64,000 nucleotides of DNA from Candidatus Beckwithbacteria bacterium GW2011_GWC1_49_16 (GCA_001029675.1 CP011210.1:453663-517662); one strand, 5' to 3'; numbered from the stretch's first letter, positions 9,085 through 19,185 are shown. Notes: a model not told the origin generated them from the letters alone. Program-made: numbers and translations.

Positions 9085-10407
9085 ATGAAAAACATACCTA
9101 TCCAAACGATCGAAGTTCCAATAATGGACCTAGTCTCACCAGACTACAATCCTCGTAAGCATGACGATCTGGCAAAGGAACAATTAAAAGAAAGTATCAG
9201 ACGCTTTGGGATCGTTGACCCAATTGTGGCAAACTCTGCACCAACTCGTAAAAATATAATCATCGGTGGAAATTTTAGATGGGAAACCATAAAGGAGTTG
9301 GGATATAAAACTGTTCCAGTCGTTTATGTAGATATTTCAGATCTGGAAAAGGAAAAAGAGTTGAACATTCGTCTCAATAAGAATACAGGTGAATTTGATT
9401 GGGATTTACTTGCTAAGTTTGATGAGTCATTCCTTGCTGATATTGGTTTTTCCAGTGGTGAACTCGATGGTATTTTTGATATTGACGTCCCAGAAGAATT
9501 CGACCTTGAAAAAGAACTTAAAAAGTTAAATATCCAGAAGATCAATGTTCAAAAAGGTGACATCTATTCTCTTGATGACTCAAAACTAATGTGTGGGGAT
9601 TCTACTATTGAAGCTGATATCTTAAAACTCATGGATGGTAAAAAAGCAGATATGTGTCTGACTGATGAACCATATTTGCTCGATTACGTTGGTGCAAAAC
9701 GTCACGGAAAACCAACAACTGGCTTTGGTGCCAAACGTAACAGAAGGTATCTTGAAACCGATGTTTTGCCGCCTAACTTTATATCCCTTTGGATGTCAAA
9801 TATCGCAAAGGTAGCAAAACCAGATTTCAGCATCATCTCGTACGAAAATTGGAAGAACACCCGAGCCATGTGGGACGAGATCGAGAAGTATTGGAAGGTG
9901 CGCAACATGCTGATATGGAGATTACCAAACAGACACCAGGGGTTTTCAGCTAAATATAAATTTTTCTCAAAATACGATATAGCTATGGTTGGAACAAGTG
10001 AGGGAAACCAAATAAATACAGAGGTGGAAGAAGAACTCCTGCAAAACGAATACGAAACCGCCTTGTATGCAACTTCAGGAAAGCCTCATTGGGAAGGCTA
10101 TGAACATGGAAAGAAGAATCAGCCAACCGATTTTATAGAGTTTAATGCTTCGGATGAAAAACACTCTGGTCAGGGAGTTGTGTTTGGCTGTAAGCCTACA
10201 GAGATTCTTATCCCCTATATCAAGATGCTTACAAAACGTGGCGATTTAATTGTCGAGCCATTTGGGGGAAGTGGAAGCACTCTAATTGCGGCCACCAAAA
10301 TGAAACGACGATGTTACATCATGGAAAAGTCTCCTGTATATACAGAGGTAATTATAAAACGCTGGGAAAATTTAACGGGACAAAAAGCCAAAAAAATCTA
10401 TGGATAA
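9085..10407 (+). CDS. ParB-like N-terminal domain fused to an N4/N6 DNA methyltransferase (phage type)
   Basis: YNPRK...L.ESI..FG.VDPIV...IIGGNFR ParB domain; CGDST, DEPY (motif IV variant), KP, PFGGSGSTLIAA SAM-binding motif. Confidence 0.9.
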   Translation: MKNIPIQTIEVPIMDLVSPDYNPRKHDDLAKEQLKESIRRFGIVDPIVANSAPTRKNIIIGGNFRWETIKELGYKTVPVVYVDISDLEKEKELNIRLNKNTGEFDWDLLAKFDESFLADIGFSSGELDGIFDIDVPEEFDLEKELKKLNIQKINVQKGDIYSLDDSKLMCGDSTIEADILKLMDGKKADMCLTDEPYLLDYVGAKRHGKPTTGFGAKRNRRYLETDVLPPNFISLWMSNIAKVAKPDFSIISYENWKNTRAMWDEIEKYWKVRNMLIWRLPNRHQGFSAKYKFFSKYDIAMVGTSEGNQINTEVEEELLQNEYETALYATSGKPHWEGYEHGKKNQPTDFIEFNASDEKHSGQGVVFGCKPTEILIPYIKMLTKRGDLIVEPFGGSGSTLIAATKMKRRCYIMEKSPVYTEVIIKRWENLTGQKAKKIYG

Positions 10408-10819
10408 CACTATCGAAAAAAGGCAATCAAAAAATAAAGAACAGCTGTTAGAGATACTAAAGAAAACTCCAATAGTTCAAATTGCCTGTGAAAAGGCTGG
10501 AGTAAGTCGAGCCACCTATTATCGATGGCGTAAAGATAACTCTGGATTTTCTCAGGCAAGTGATCAGGCATTATTAGATGGAAGCTTGCTGATAAATGAT
10601 ATGGCCGAAAGTCAAATGATAAGCGCTATCAAAGACAAGAATATGACTGCCATAATCTTTTGGCTTAAGACTCATCATGATGCCTATCGCAATAGAGTTG
10701 AAGTAACCACAACCAATGGCAACCAAGAAATTAACCTTACAGATGAACAAAAGGAACTGTTAAATAAAGCAATAGAGATGGCGGCATTAATTCCGCCCAA
10801 AGAAAACAGCAATGAATGA
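10400..10819 (+). CDS. HTH protein, probable terminase small subunit
   Basis: ACEKAGVSRATYYRW HTH and AIIFWLK motif; overlaps both the methyltransferase and TerL genes. Confidence 0.7.
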   Translation: MDNTIEKRQSKNKEQLLEILKKTPIVQIACEKAGVSRATYYRWRKDNSGFSQASDQALLDGSLLINDMAESQMISAIKDKNMTAIIFWLKTHHDAYRNRVEVTTTNGNQEINLTDEQKELLNKAIEMAALIPPKENSNE

Positions 10820-12356
10820 CCAAGAACAAATAATCAAACAAATTCAGGAAAATCCTGACTTTCGGAAAGTATTAACGAAGGAGAATTTCTATTGGTTTTT
10901 TGTTACCTACTTTCCCCATTATATAACTTGCCCAACCGCTGATTTTCAAAAGGAAATCTTCAATCTCATTCAGAATGAGGAATTACAAAAAATCACAATC
11001 ACAGCCTTTCGCGGGTCGGCAAAATCTACTATTGCAACTTTGGCACTACCCATTTGGGCAATGGTCGGTAAACCCACCAAAAAATATACTCTACTAGTGA
11101 GCTTAACTCAGGGGCTTGCCAAGCAAATTCTTACGAACATAAAACAGGAGCTTTCATCAAACGAACTCCTAATGCGGGATTTTGGACCATTTTCAGAAGT
11201 GGCTGAAGAATGGCGATCTAACTCTCTTGTAATACCACGTTACAATTCCAGAATTTCAGCCATATCGCAAAGTGAAAGAATTAGAGGTCTCAGGCATAGG
11301 CAGTACCGACCAGACCTTATCATTATTGATGATGTTGAGGATCTAGAATCGGTTAAGACAAGAGAAAGCAGAGACAATCTTTGGAATTGGTTTTCGGGTG
11401 AAATAAAGCCTATTGGAGATAGTGGTACCAGAATTATTACCGTAGGCAATTTACTACATTTGGACTCGCTAATGATGCGGATTAAGCAAAACGTTCAAGC
11501 AGGCGCAATGGACGGTATTTATAAAGAATTTCCTTTGTTAGATAGTTATGGAAATATTGCCTGGCCTGGAAAATATCCGACTATGGAGGATATTGAAGCC
11601 AAAAGAAAAGATGTTGCCGACGAGGCAGCTTGGTATCGAGAATTTTTACTAAAAATTATTGCGGACGAAGACAGAATTGTTAAAGGAGCTTGGATTAAAT
11701 ACTACGACACCCTACCGGACTTTGATCGCTATCCGGCAAGATTAATTGCCATAGGAGTCGACTTGGCTATTTCTCTTTTGGCGTCAGCAAATTTAACAGC
11801 CTTAGTACCAGCATACATAGTTGGTTACGGAGACAATCTCCAAGTTTATATTTTGCCTTACATTTTAAACAAACGATTGGATTTTCCTCAAACTATTCAG
11901 GCAATTAAAATTCTTACTGAAAAACTAAAAGTCGGTTATAGACCGCACCCTAGGGTATATATAGAAAGCGTGGGGTATCAGAGTGCGGCTGCCCAACAAC
12001 TAATAGTAGAGCATGTTCTGGCCGAGGAAGTTAGAATTCCACAGTTAGACAAAAGATCAAGACTATCGATAATTTCTCCACTTATTGAGCAAGGCAAAGT
12101 ATTTTTTCCCAGATCAGGAGCTGAAGTGTTAATTGATCAATTACTGAACTTTGGAGTGGAAAAATACGATGATCTAGTTGATGCTTTCACCTTACTTATG
12201 TCAAAAATAATTGAAACAGACCACCCAACGAACAGAAGTACTCATTCAGATTTGCCACCAGAACCAGATCCACACCCTGGTTTGACATGGTCACTTGAAC
12301 ATATGAATGACTTAGGATTTGATCTTGAAACCATCAAACTAAATATGGTTTTCTAA
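10812..12356 (+). CDS. phage terminase large subunit
   Basis: Walker A-like AFRGSAKST, RGLRH...RPDLIIIDD Walker B, nuclease domain GVDLA...IES...DDLVDA. Confidence 0.88.
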   Translation: MNDQEQIIKQIQENPDFRKVLTKENFYWFFVTYFPHYITCPTADFQKEIFNLIQNEELQKITITAFRGSAKSTIATLALPIWAMVGKPTKKYTLLVSLTQGLAKQILTNIKQELSSNELLMRDFGPFSEVAEEWRSNSLVIPRYNSRISAISQSERIRGLRHRQYRPDLIIIDDVEDLESVKTRESRDNLWNWFSGEIKPIGDSGTRIITVGNLLHLDSLMMRIKQNVQAGAMDGIYKEFPLLDSYGNIAWPGKYPTMEDIEAKRKDVADEAAWYREFLLKIIADEDRIVKGAWIKYYDTLPDFDRYPARLIAIGVDLAISLLASANLTALVPAYIVGYGDNLQVYILPYILNKRLDFPQTIQAIKILTEKLKVGYRPHPRVYIESVGYQSAAAQQLIVEHVLAEEVRIPQLDKRSRLSIISPLIEQGKVFFPRSGAEVLIDQLLNFGVEKYDDLVDAFTLLMSKIIETDHPTNRSTHSDLPPEPDPHPGLTWSLEHMNDLGFDLETIKLNMVF

Positions 12357-12392
12357 CAACCACAGAAAGACCCTTCGATCTTTCTGTATGGT

Positions 12393-12911
12393 TTATTTTT
12401 CACCCTTAAGTTCTTTGTAGTAAGAGTCCTTAAGTGGGTACTCCTTATATGGTCCAAAAGCATATCCAACGGTTGCAACCATATGATCAGCTAGAAAAAC
12501 GGTATTCTTTTTTTTCCAGGTCTCTCGCTGTTCAACTGTGTAGTCGTAACTAAGCATTTTGGTATATTCAGCGTCGAGATCAAATGCTTTTTTGTCGTCA
12601 TATAGAGTGACGTTACATTTTTTCTTACAGCTCTTTTGGACTTCCTCTGCTATTCCCTCGGGATTGGTCTCTCCGGGTTTGATTAAAATGCTAATGTTTT
12701 CATCAGCTTTATTTTCGACTCTAGCCAAAATCTCGTATTCAAAGGCTGGTTTGGTAGTAGCTTCAGCAACCAATTCCTGTTTTTCAGGCGGGGTTTGAAT
12801 ACTGGCTTGGTCGGTAGAAGAGTCCTTACCAACGAGTCCCAAGACGATTATTAAGAGAAGTCCTCCTCCGATAATTAATAGTAATTTCTTCATATTCTCA
12901 CCTCCTTTCAA
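12393..12911 (-). CDS. membrane-anchored hypothetical protein
   Basis: N-terminal hydrophobic helix; the real start is probably the second Met (MKKLLL) after an AGGAGG RBS. Confidence 0.7.
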   Translation of the reverse strand: MKGGENMKKLLLIIGGGLLLIIVLGLVGKDSSTDQASIQTPPEKQELVAEATTKPAFEYEILARVENKADENISILIKPGETNPEGIAEEVQKSCKKKCNVTLYDDKKAFDLDAEYTKMLSYDYTVEQRETWKKKNTVFLADHMVATVGYAFGPYKEYPLKDSYYKELKGEK

Positions 12912-13009
12912 TGATGTTGTAATACTAACTTACATTTAAGCATATTTCAAGGCTAAATGCTCGCTTTAAGCTAGTGGTGCTCTAGCTCATGGCTATCAAT
13001 AATTAGGAC

Positions 13010-13222
13010 ATGGGCAAAATTACTAAGAATCAAGTAAAATTTGGACACAGAATTCAAAAGAGACGTCAGGGGCTTGGTATAACCCAGGAAGAACTCGCAG
13101 ACAGAGTAAGTCTAAGCAGAACACACATGGGACATATCGAACAAGGTAGGAGATCCCCTTCGCTTGAAGTCTTAAACAAGATTGCAAAAGCACTCAAAAC
13201 TTCCCCAAAAGATTTCTTTTAA
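13010..13222 (+). CDS. XRE/Cro-C1 family HTH regulator
   Basis: FG.RI...R...GITQEELA.RV.LSRTHMGHIEQG.RSPSL. Confidence 0.88.
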   Translation: MGKITKNQVKFGHRIQKRRQGLGITQEELADRVSLSRTHMGHIEQGRRSPSLEVLNKIAKALKTSPKDFF

Positions 13223-13279
13223 TCCCGATTCATCTTCACTTTTTCAGGAAAAGCAATAATTATTTGGCGTCTCAAACTA

Positions 13280-13320
13280 TTGAAAAATGGCAAAGATTTT
13301 TGTATGATATTGATATCAAT
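13280..13320 (+). promoter_or_regulatory. promoter plus palindromic operator of the xis-like/hsd operon
   Basis: TTGAAA-17-TATGAT followed directly by the perfect palindrome ATTGATATCAAT (13309-13320). Confidence 0.6.
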
Positions 13321-13336
13321 TGGTAGGTAAATCTAT

Positions 13337-13504
13337 ATGGAAGAACTATTAACTCTCAAAGAAGCGGCACAAGTCTTAAAGGTTCATGCGAATACATTGC
13401 GTTTATGGGACAAAAAGGGTGTTCTGAAAGCTATACGTATTGGGGTAAAAAGGGTGAGAAGATATAAAAAGGAAGATATTGAAAAGTTTATACACAAGAA
13501 ATAA
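13337..13504 (+). CDS. excisionase-like (MerR/HTH_17) DNA-binding protein, 55 aa, absent from the ORF track
   Basis: Manual translation MEELLTLKEAAQVLKVHANTLRLWDKKGVLKAIRIGVKRVRRYKKEDIEKFIHKK; ends 2 nt before hsdR. Confidence 0.85.
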   Translation: MEELLTLKEAAQVLKVHANTLRLWDKKGVLKAIRIGVKRVRRYKKEDIEKFIHKK

Positions 13505-13506
13505 TT

Positions 13507-16017
13507 ATGCAAAAAGAAGCAAAAGCACGGATCAAAATTAACAATCTTCTTCAGGAGTCCGGCTGGAGATTTTTTGATGATGAGCATGGAACGGCGAATA
13601 TAGTTCTAGAAAACAATGTCAAATTGACAAAGCAGGTAGTTGACGAATTAGGCAATGATTTTGATAAAACCAAGAACGGTTTCATAGATTTTCTTCTACT
13701 TGATGAAAAGTGTTTCCCTTATGCAGTGCTGGAAGCTAAATCTGAGGACAAAGATCCTCTAGATGGGAAAGAGCAGGCTAGAAGATACGCCCAGTCACAA
13801 AACGTTCGTTTTATTGTTCTTTCCAATGGTAATGTTCATTACTTCTGGGATTTAGAGCGAGGCAATCCATCTTTTATTTCCTCGTTTCCCACACAAGAAT
13901 CTCTCAAACATTTTGTTTCGTACAAGCCAGACTCTAAGAAATTGACAGAAGAAAAAGTTTCAGAAGATTACATAGCTTTAACTCAAAATCCTACATACCA
14001 AAAAGATCCTCGCTGGCAAGATGAGGTACTTAAACACGATCAAATTCAAGAACAGGATTTGAAGTTTCTACGCCCATATCAACTTAGGGCCATAACTGCT
14101 TTGCAAGAATCTGCCCAAAATGGCAATGACCGTTATCTTTTTGAAATGGCAACTGGTACCGGTAAGACTCTAACCTGTGCCGCCGTTATCAAGCTTTTCC
14201 TGAAAACTGGCAATGCCAAACGAATTCTCTTTTTAGTTGACCGTATTGAGTTGGAAGATCAGGCGGCCAAGAATTTCAAAAAATATTTGGCTAAAGATTT
14301 CACCAGCGTTATTTATAAAGAAAATCGTGATGATTGGCGTAAAGCTGAAATTGTGGTTTCGACTGTTCAAAGCCTTTCAACTAATAATAAATATCAGAAG
14401 TTATTTAATCCTACCGATTTTGATTTAATTATCTCTGACGAGGCACACCGTTCAATTGGTGGTAATAGTAGAGCTGTCTTTGAGTATTTCGTGGGTTACA
14501 AGCTAGGACTTACGGCTACGCCTAAAAACTACCTGAAAGGTATTGATCCAAATCAGCTTAATGCTCGTGATCCTCGGGCTTGGGAAAAACGTCAACTTCT
14601 AGATACCTATAAGACTTTTGGTTGTGAAACAGGAGAACCAACCTTCCGCTATAGTCTTCTTGACGGTGTCAAAGAAGGTTTTCTGGTCAACCCAATAGTT
14701 GCTGATGCCAGAACGGAGATTACTACACAACTCCTTTCTGATGAAGGGTATTCTCTTTTAGTTGATACAGAAGAAGGCAAAGAGGAACAAGTTTTTTATC
14801 AATCAGATTTTGAGCGAAAGTTTTTCTCTGACAAAACTAATCTAATTTTTTGTGAGACTTTCTTAAAGAATGCCTTGATGGATCAAATCTCTGGAGAGGT
14901 TGGCAAAAGCATTATTTACTGTGTGAGTCAAAAACATGCCAGTAAAATTACACAGCTTCTAAATCAGCTCGCTGATAGTTACTGGCCAGGAAAATATAAT
15001 TCCGATTTTGCTGTGCAGGTAACTTCTAATATTCCTGATGCTCAGCAATTCACAATAGGCTTTGCTAATAACAACCTTAATGGTCACACGCCTTGGCTGG
15101 AAGGTTATAAGTCCAGCAAAACTAGAGTTTGCGTGACGGTGGGTATGATGACTACTGGCTATGATTGCCAAGATATATTAAATCTTTGTTTAATGCGGCC
15201 AATTTTTTCCCCAACAGATTTCATTCAGATCAAAGGACGTGGTACACGAAAATACGCCTTTACCTTTGAAAATCGTGAGAATGGTGAAATTGAGAAAGTC
15301 AGGGTTGATAAAGAAAAATTCAAATTATTTGATTTCTTTGCTAACTGTGAGTATTTCGAAGAGAAATATAACTATGATGAAATTCTAAAAATTCCTAAGA
15401 CAATTTCGGGCACAGGACCAGGCGGAGAACCTACGGTTAATATTGATGTGACCATTGGTATCCCAGATCCTCTCAAAACATTCCAAGAAAAAGCGATTGG
15501 TTTACAAGGAATGAAAGTAGATCGCAAGATTTTTGAAAAGTTTGAGGAAACGGTTAAGGCAGATTCTTTCATCAAAGAAAAATACGAAGCTGGCGATATG
15601 CAGGCAGTTGAGGATTATGTGAAGACTGAGGTTTTTGATAAACCTGAAGATTATTTCAATTTAGACAAGCTTCGTAAATCAGTCAAGGTTGACCGTCGGC
15701 TTTCCCTGGGAGAAATAATGGATAAGATTTTTGGGCGGTTAGATAAATTTAAAGATAAAGATGAACTTTTAGAGGAAGAGTTTGAAAAGTTTATCTCAAT
15801 TTACAAGCCAGATAGTAAGTACTACTACCCAATAAAGAATTTCCTCAAAGCTTATATTACTGATAACGAGATTAGAGAAATTGTAGAAACAAAGGAATAC
15901 GGTCGGTTTGCAACAAACCCAAAAGTATCACTAGTAGACTTTAAGGCCTTGAACGGGTACCGTGACGTCGTGCCAGAGTATGTAAAGGACTACGTATCAG
16001 TTAATACGTATATGTAA
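13507..16017 (+). CDS. hsdR: type I restriction enzyme R subunit (EcoAI-like)
   Basis: D..L...LEAK nuclease motif with Q..RY, MATGTGKT Walker A, DEAH, LTATP, MMTTGYD, QIKGRGTR. Confidence 0.9.
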   Translation: MQKEAKARIKINNLLQESGWRFFDDEHGTANIVLENNVKLTKQVVDELGNDFDKTKNGFIDFLLLDEKCFPYAVLEAKSEDKDPLDGKEQARRYAQSQNVRFIVLSNGNVHYFWDLERGNPSFISSFPTQESLKHFVSYKPDSKKLTEEKVSEDYIALTQNPTYQKDPRWQDEVLKHDQIQEQDLKFLRPYQLRAITALQESAQNGNDRYLFEMATGTGKTLTCAAVIKLFLKTGNAKRILFLVDRIELEDQAAKNFKKYLAKDFTSVIYKENRDDWRKAEIVVSTVQSLSTNNKYQKLFNPTDFDLIISDEAHRSIGGNSRAVFEYFVGYKLGLTATPKNYLKGIDPNQLNARDPRAWEKRQLLDTYKTFGCETGEPTFRYSLLDGVKEGFLVNPIVADARTEITTQLLSDEGYSLLVDTEEGKEEQVFYQSDFERKFFSDKTNLIFCETFLKNALMDQISGEVGKSIIYCVSQKHASKITQLLNQLADSYWPGKYNSDFAVQVTSNIPDAQQFTIGFANNNLNGHTPWLEGYKSSKTRVCVTVGMMTTGYDCQDILNLCLMRPIFSPTDFIQIKGRGTRKYAFTFENRENGEIEKVRVDKEKFKLFDFFANCEYFEEKYNYDEILKIPKTISGTGPGGEPTVNIDVTIGIPDPLKTFQEKAIGLQGMKVDRKIFEKFEETVKADSFIKEKYEAGDMQAVEDYVKTEVFDKPEDYFNLDKLRKSVKVDRRLSLGEIMDKIFGRLDKFKDKDELLEEEFEKFISIYKPDSKYYYPIKNFLKAYITDNEIREIVETKEYGRFATNPKVSLVDFKALNGYRDVVPEYVKDYVSVNTYM

Positions 16018-16022
16018 ATATT

Positions 16023-19000
16023 ATGTTAACTCAAGAAACAAAACGAAAAATAGATTCAGCCAGAGATATCCTGGTTGGTAAAGTTCCTGATCCTAAAGCT
16101 CAAGTTGAACAAATTACAACAGCCATGATCTATAAATTCATGGATGATATGGATAAAGATGCTGTGGAACTTGGAGGCAAAGCTCGCTTCTTTACTAATG
16201 GATTTGAAAAATATGCTTGGAGCAAACTTTTAGATTCTAGATTGGGTGGACACGAACGATTAGACCTTTACGCTGAAGCCATAGTACAGATGTCCAGTAA
16301 TCCCCATATTCCCCAATTATTTAGGGATATTTTTAAGGACGCATTTCTACCATATCGTAGTCCGGAAACATTGAGCTTATTCCTTAAGGAGATCAACAGT
16401 TTTACATACGATCATAGTGAGGATTTAGGTGATGCTTTTGAGTATCTACTTTCTATCATGGGTTCCCAAGGAGATGCTGGGCAGTTTCGTACTCCACGTC
16501 ACATAATCGATTTTATAGTAGCTGTAGTTGATCCCAAAAAAGACGATTCAATTTTGGACCCTGCTTGTGGAACTGCTGGATTTTTAATCTCTGCATATAA
16601 ACACATTCTCAAACAACACGATGGTAGGGATGATCCGAAACATAAAGAAAAACCGTTAACACCTGACGACAAAAAGCGATTAATGAACAATCTTTTCGGC
16701 TACGATATTAGTCCTGACATGGTTAAGCTCTCCAAAGTAAACATGTACCTGCATGGCTTTGCTGAACCCAAGATTTTTGAATATGACACTCTTTCTAGCG
16801 ATGAAAAATGGGACGAGACATATGACGTAATTATGGCAAACCCACCATTTATGACTCCAAAAGGCGGCATACGCCCACACAAGCGGTTCAGCGTACAAGC
16901 AAATCGTGCCGAAGTGCTGTTTGTGGATTATATTAAAGAACACCTACGGCCGAATGGTCGAGCGGGAATTATTGTACCTGAGGGGATCATTTTTCAGTCA
17001 GGCAATGCATATAAACAACTCCGTAAAATGTTAGTTGAAGATGGTCTGTTTGCGGTAGTTTCATTACCTAATGGAATATTCAATCCTTACTCTGGGGTAA
17101 AGACAAGTATTTTGTTTTTTGATAATGTGTTAGCAAAAAGAACAAATGAAATATTGTTCGTAAAAATTGACAGCGATGGATTTGACCTCGGAGCTCAAAG
17201 AAGGAAAATTGAAAGTAATGACCTCACTGCCGCCCTGATAATTTTGAAGAAATATATAGAGGACCCCAACACTACTCTCCTAATCGAAGTAAAAAACTTA
17301 GCCACCTTGGTTTCAAAAACAAGAATTTCTGAGAAGGGTGATTATAACTTGAGTAGTGATGAATACAAACAAACCGAAGTAATAAGCAACAAGAGATGGC
17401 CAATGAAGGAATTGGGAAGTTTATTCGAAATGATAAACGGGAGAGCATTTAAAAAAGAAGAATGGAAAACCAACGGAACGCCCATTATCCGAATAGCAAA
17501 TCTCAATGACAATAATGCTGAATTCAATTATTTTGAAGGAAATTGTGATGATAAAATTATTGTCAAAAATGGCGACCTACTTTTTTCCTGGTCAGGAACT
17601 CGTGGCACTTCATTCGGCCCACATATATGGAATAGAGGCAAGGGTGTTCTTAATCAACACATATATAAATTTCAACCCTTACAAGGAGATATAGATATTG
17701 CTTTTGCTTATCTTGTTATAAAAATAATTGTTCCCGAGATCGAAGCCCAAGCTCATGGTGCTGGGGGTCTGGTACATATTACGAAAGAAAAACTTAAACA
17801 TTTTAGAATTCCTGTTCCACCACTTCCTGTTCAAAAGCAAATAGTTGAACAAATTGAAGGTTATCAAAAGATCATTGAGGGAGCAAAACAAGTTGTAAAA
17901 AATTGGAAACCAATAACTGATATCAATCCTGATTGGGAAACAGCACTGATCCAGGATCTTTGTACTTTGGTGCGTGGTAGTTCACCTAGGCCTAAAGGAG
18001 ATAAACGGTATTACGATGGAAAAATCCCCAGACTGATGGTCTCAGACGTAACTAGAGATGGCATGTATACAACTCCCCAAACTGATTCGCTTACAGAAGA
18101 AGGATCTAAGCTTAGTCGTCCAATGAAAAAGGGTGAAGTTGTAATGGCTGTAAGCGGTAATCCAGGGTTGCCAACAATTCTTACAGTTGACGCATGTATC
18201 CATGACGGTTTTGTCGGATTTAGAAAGCTGTCCAGTAAAATAATTCCAGAATTTCTATATTTTATACTTTTGCGCCAAAAGGATGAAAATAACTCTCGAT
18301 CAGTTGGTGCAGTATTTAAAAATCTAACTACAGACCAAATAAAGAAGTTTAAGATTCCTGTCCCCCCTATCAATATCCAACTTGAATTAGTTGAACAAAT
18401 AACCCAAGAGCGTCAGGTTGTTGGTGCCAATGAAGAAATCATCAGAGAGTATGAGGCTAAAATTCAGAACGAGATAAAGGATGTTAATGATGGAAAAGCA
18501 CACTCTCCCCTAAGTAAGAATCAAAATGAACTAATTAAACAGCTTAAGGACGACTTTGAGTCAATTGAGTCAGAAGTTATTAGGATGATGGGCAACAAGG
18601 AGATATTCAAAGAGATTATTGAGATCTCTAAAAGAAATAGCCAGATAAATAAGGGTAACTCCCTGTGGGACTTTCTAAAAGAAAGTTATGTTGCACTAAT
18701 GGTGTCTGCGGTTTGTAGGCAAATTGATACAGACGAACGTTCGTCTAGCTTGGTAAATCTTTTAAGAACAATTCTTTTTAACCCGACAGTTATCCAGAGC
18801 TTAAACAAGGACTGGTATAGCGAACAATATCATCGCGATAACGACATCTTTCCAGGTTTCATGGAAGGAATCGGGAAGGGTGATTTTGAGGAACACTTTG
18901 GTTCAAAAGAATATGTAGATCCAGCTATCGTTTACATGGATCTAAAGAAGCTAGAGGAAGATACAAAAGAAATAAAGAAATACCGCAATAAAAGAATTGC

Positions 19001-19184
19001 CCATTTTGATAAAAAGGAATCACTTTTCAAAGCAAATTATGATGATTTGCATAAAGCAGTAGAAACTGTACGATCAATCGCAAGTAAATATTACTTACTG
19101 CTTAAACAGGGTGGCAATGATCTTATTCCGTCTGATCAAACCGATTGGCAGGAGATACTAACAATTCCCTGGATCAAAAAATAA
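16023..19184 (+). CDS. fused type I HsdM-HsdS with a C-terminal HEPN (AbiU2-like) domain
   Basis: GQFRTP, ILDPACGTAGFL, ANPPF; two TRD repeats ending IPVPPL..Q..IV and IPVPPI..Q..LV; about 225 extra helical residues containing YRNKRIAH. Confidence 0.85.
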   Translation: MLTQETKRKIDSARDILVGKVPDPKAQVEQITTAMIYKFMDDMDKDAVELGGKARFFTNGFEKYAWSKLLDSRLGGHERLDLYAEAIVQMSSNPHIPQLFRDIFKDAFLPYRSPETLSLFLKEINSFTYDHSEDLGDAFEYLLSIMGSQGDAGQFRTPRHIIDFIVAVVDPKKDDSILDPACGTAGFLISAYKHILKQHDGRDDPKHKEKPLTPDDKKRLMNNLFGYDISPDMVKLSKVNMYLHGFAEPKIFEYDTLSSDEKWDETYDVIMANPPFMTPKGGIRPHKRFSVQANRAEVLFVDYIKEHLRPNGRAGIIVPEGIIFQSGNAYKQLRKMLVEDGLFAVVSLPNGIFNPYSGVKTSILFFDNVLAKRTNEILFVKIDSDGFDLGAQRRKIESNDLTAALIILKKYIEDPNTTLLIEVKNLATLVSKTRISEKGDYNLSSDEYKQTEVISNKRWPMKELGSLFEMINGRAFKKEEWKTNGTPIIRIANLNDNNAEFNYFEGNCDDKIIVKNGDLLFSWSGTRGTSFGPHIWNRGKGVLNQHIYKFQPLQGDIDIAFAYLVIKIIVPEIEAQAHGAGGLVHITKEKLKHFRIPVPPLPVQKQIVEQIEGYQKIIEGAKQVVKNWKPITDINPDWETALIQDLCTLVRGSSPRPKGDKRYYDGKIPRLMVSDVTRDGMYTTPQTDSLTEEGSKLSRPMKKGEVVMAVSGNPGLPTILTVDACIHDGFVGFRKLSSKIIPEFLYFILLRQKDENNSRSVGAVFKNLTTDQIKKFKIPVPPINIQLELVEQITQERQVVGANEEIIREYEAKIQNEIKDVNDGKAHSPLSKNQNELIKQLKDDFESIESEVIRMMGNKEIFKEIIEISKRNSQINKGNSLWDFLKESYVALMVSAVCRQIDTDERSSSLVNLLRTILFNPTVIQSLNKDWYSEQYHRDNDIFPGFMEGIGKGDFEEHFGSKEYVDPAIVYMDLKKLEEDTKEIKKYRNKRIAHFDKKESLFKANYDDLHKAVETVRSIASKYYLLLKQGGNDLIPSDQTDWQEILTIPWIKK

Positions 19185-19185
19185 T

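Noticed and set aside
2448-12959. 13-bp direct repeat TCAAGGCTAAATG at 2448-2460 and 12947-12959
   Set aside because: A match of this length is expected by chance in 19 kb of AT-rich DNA.
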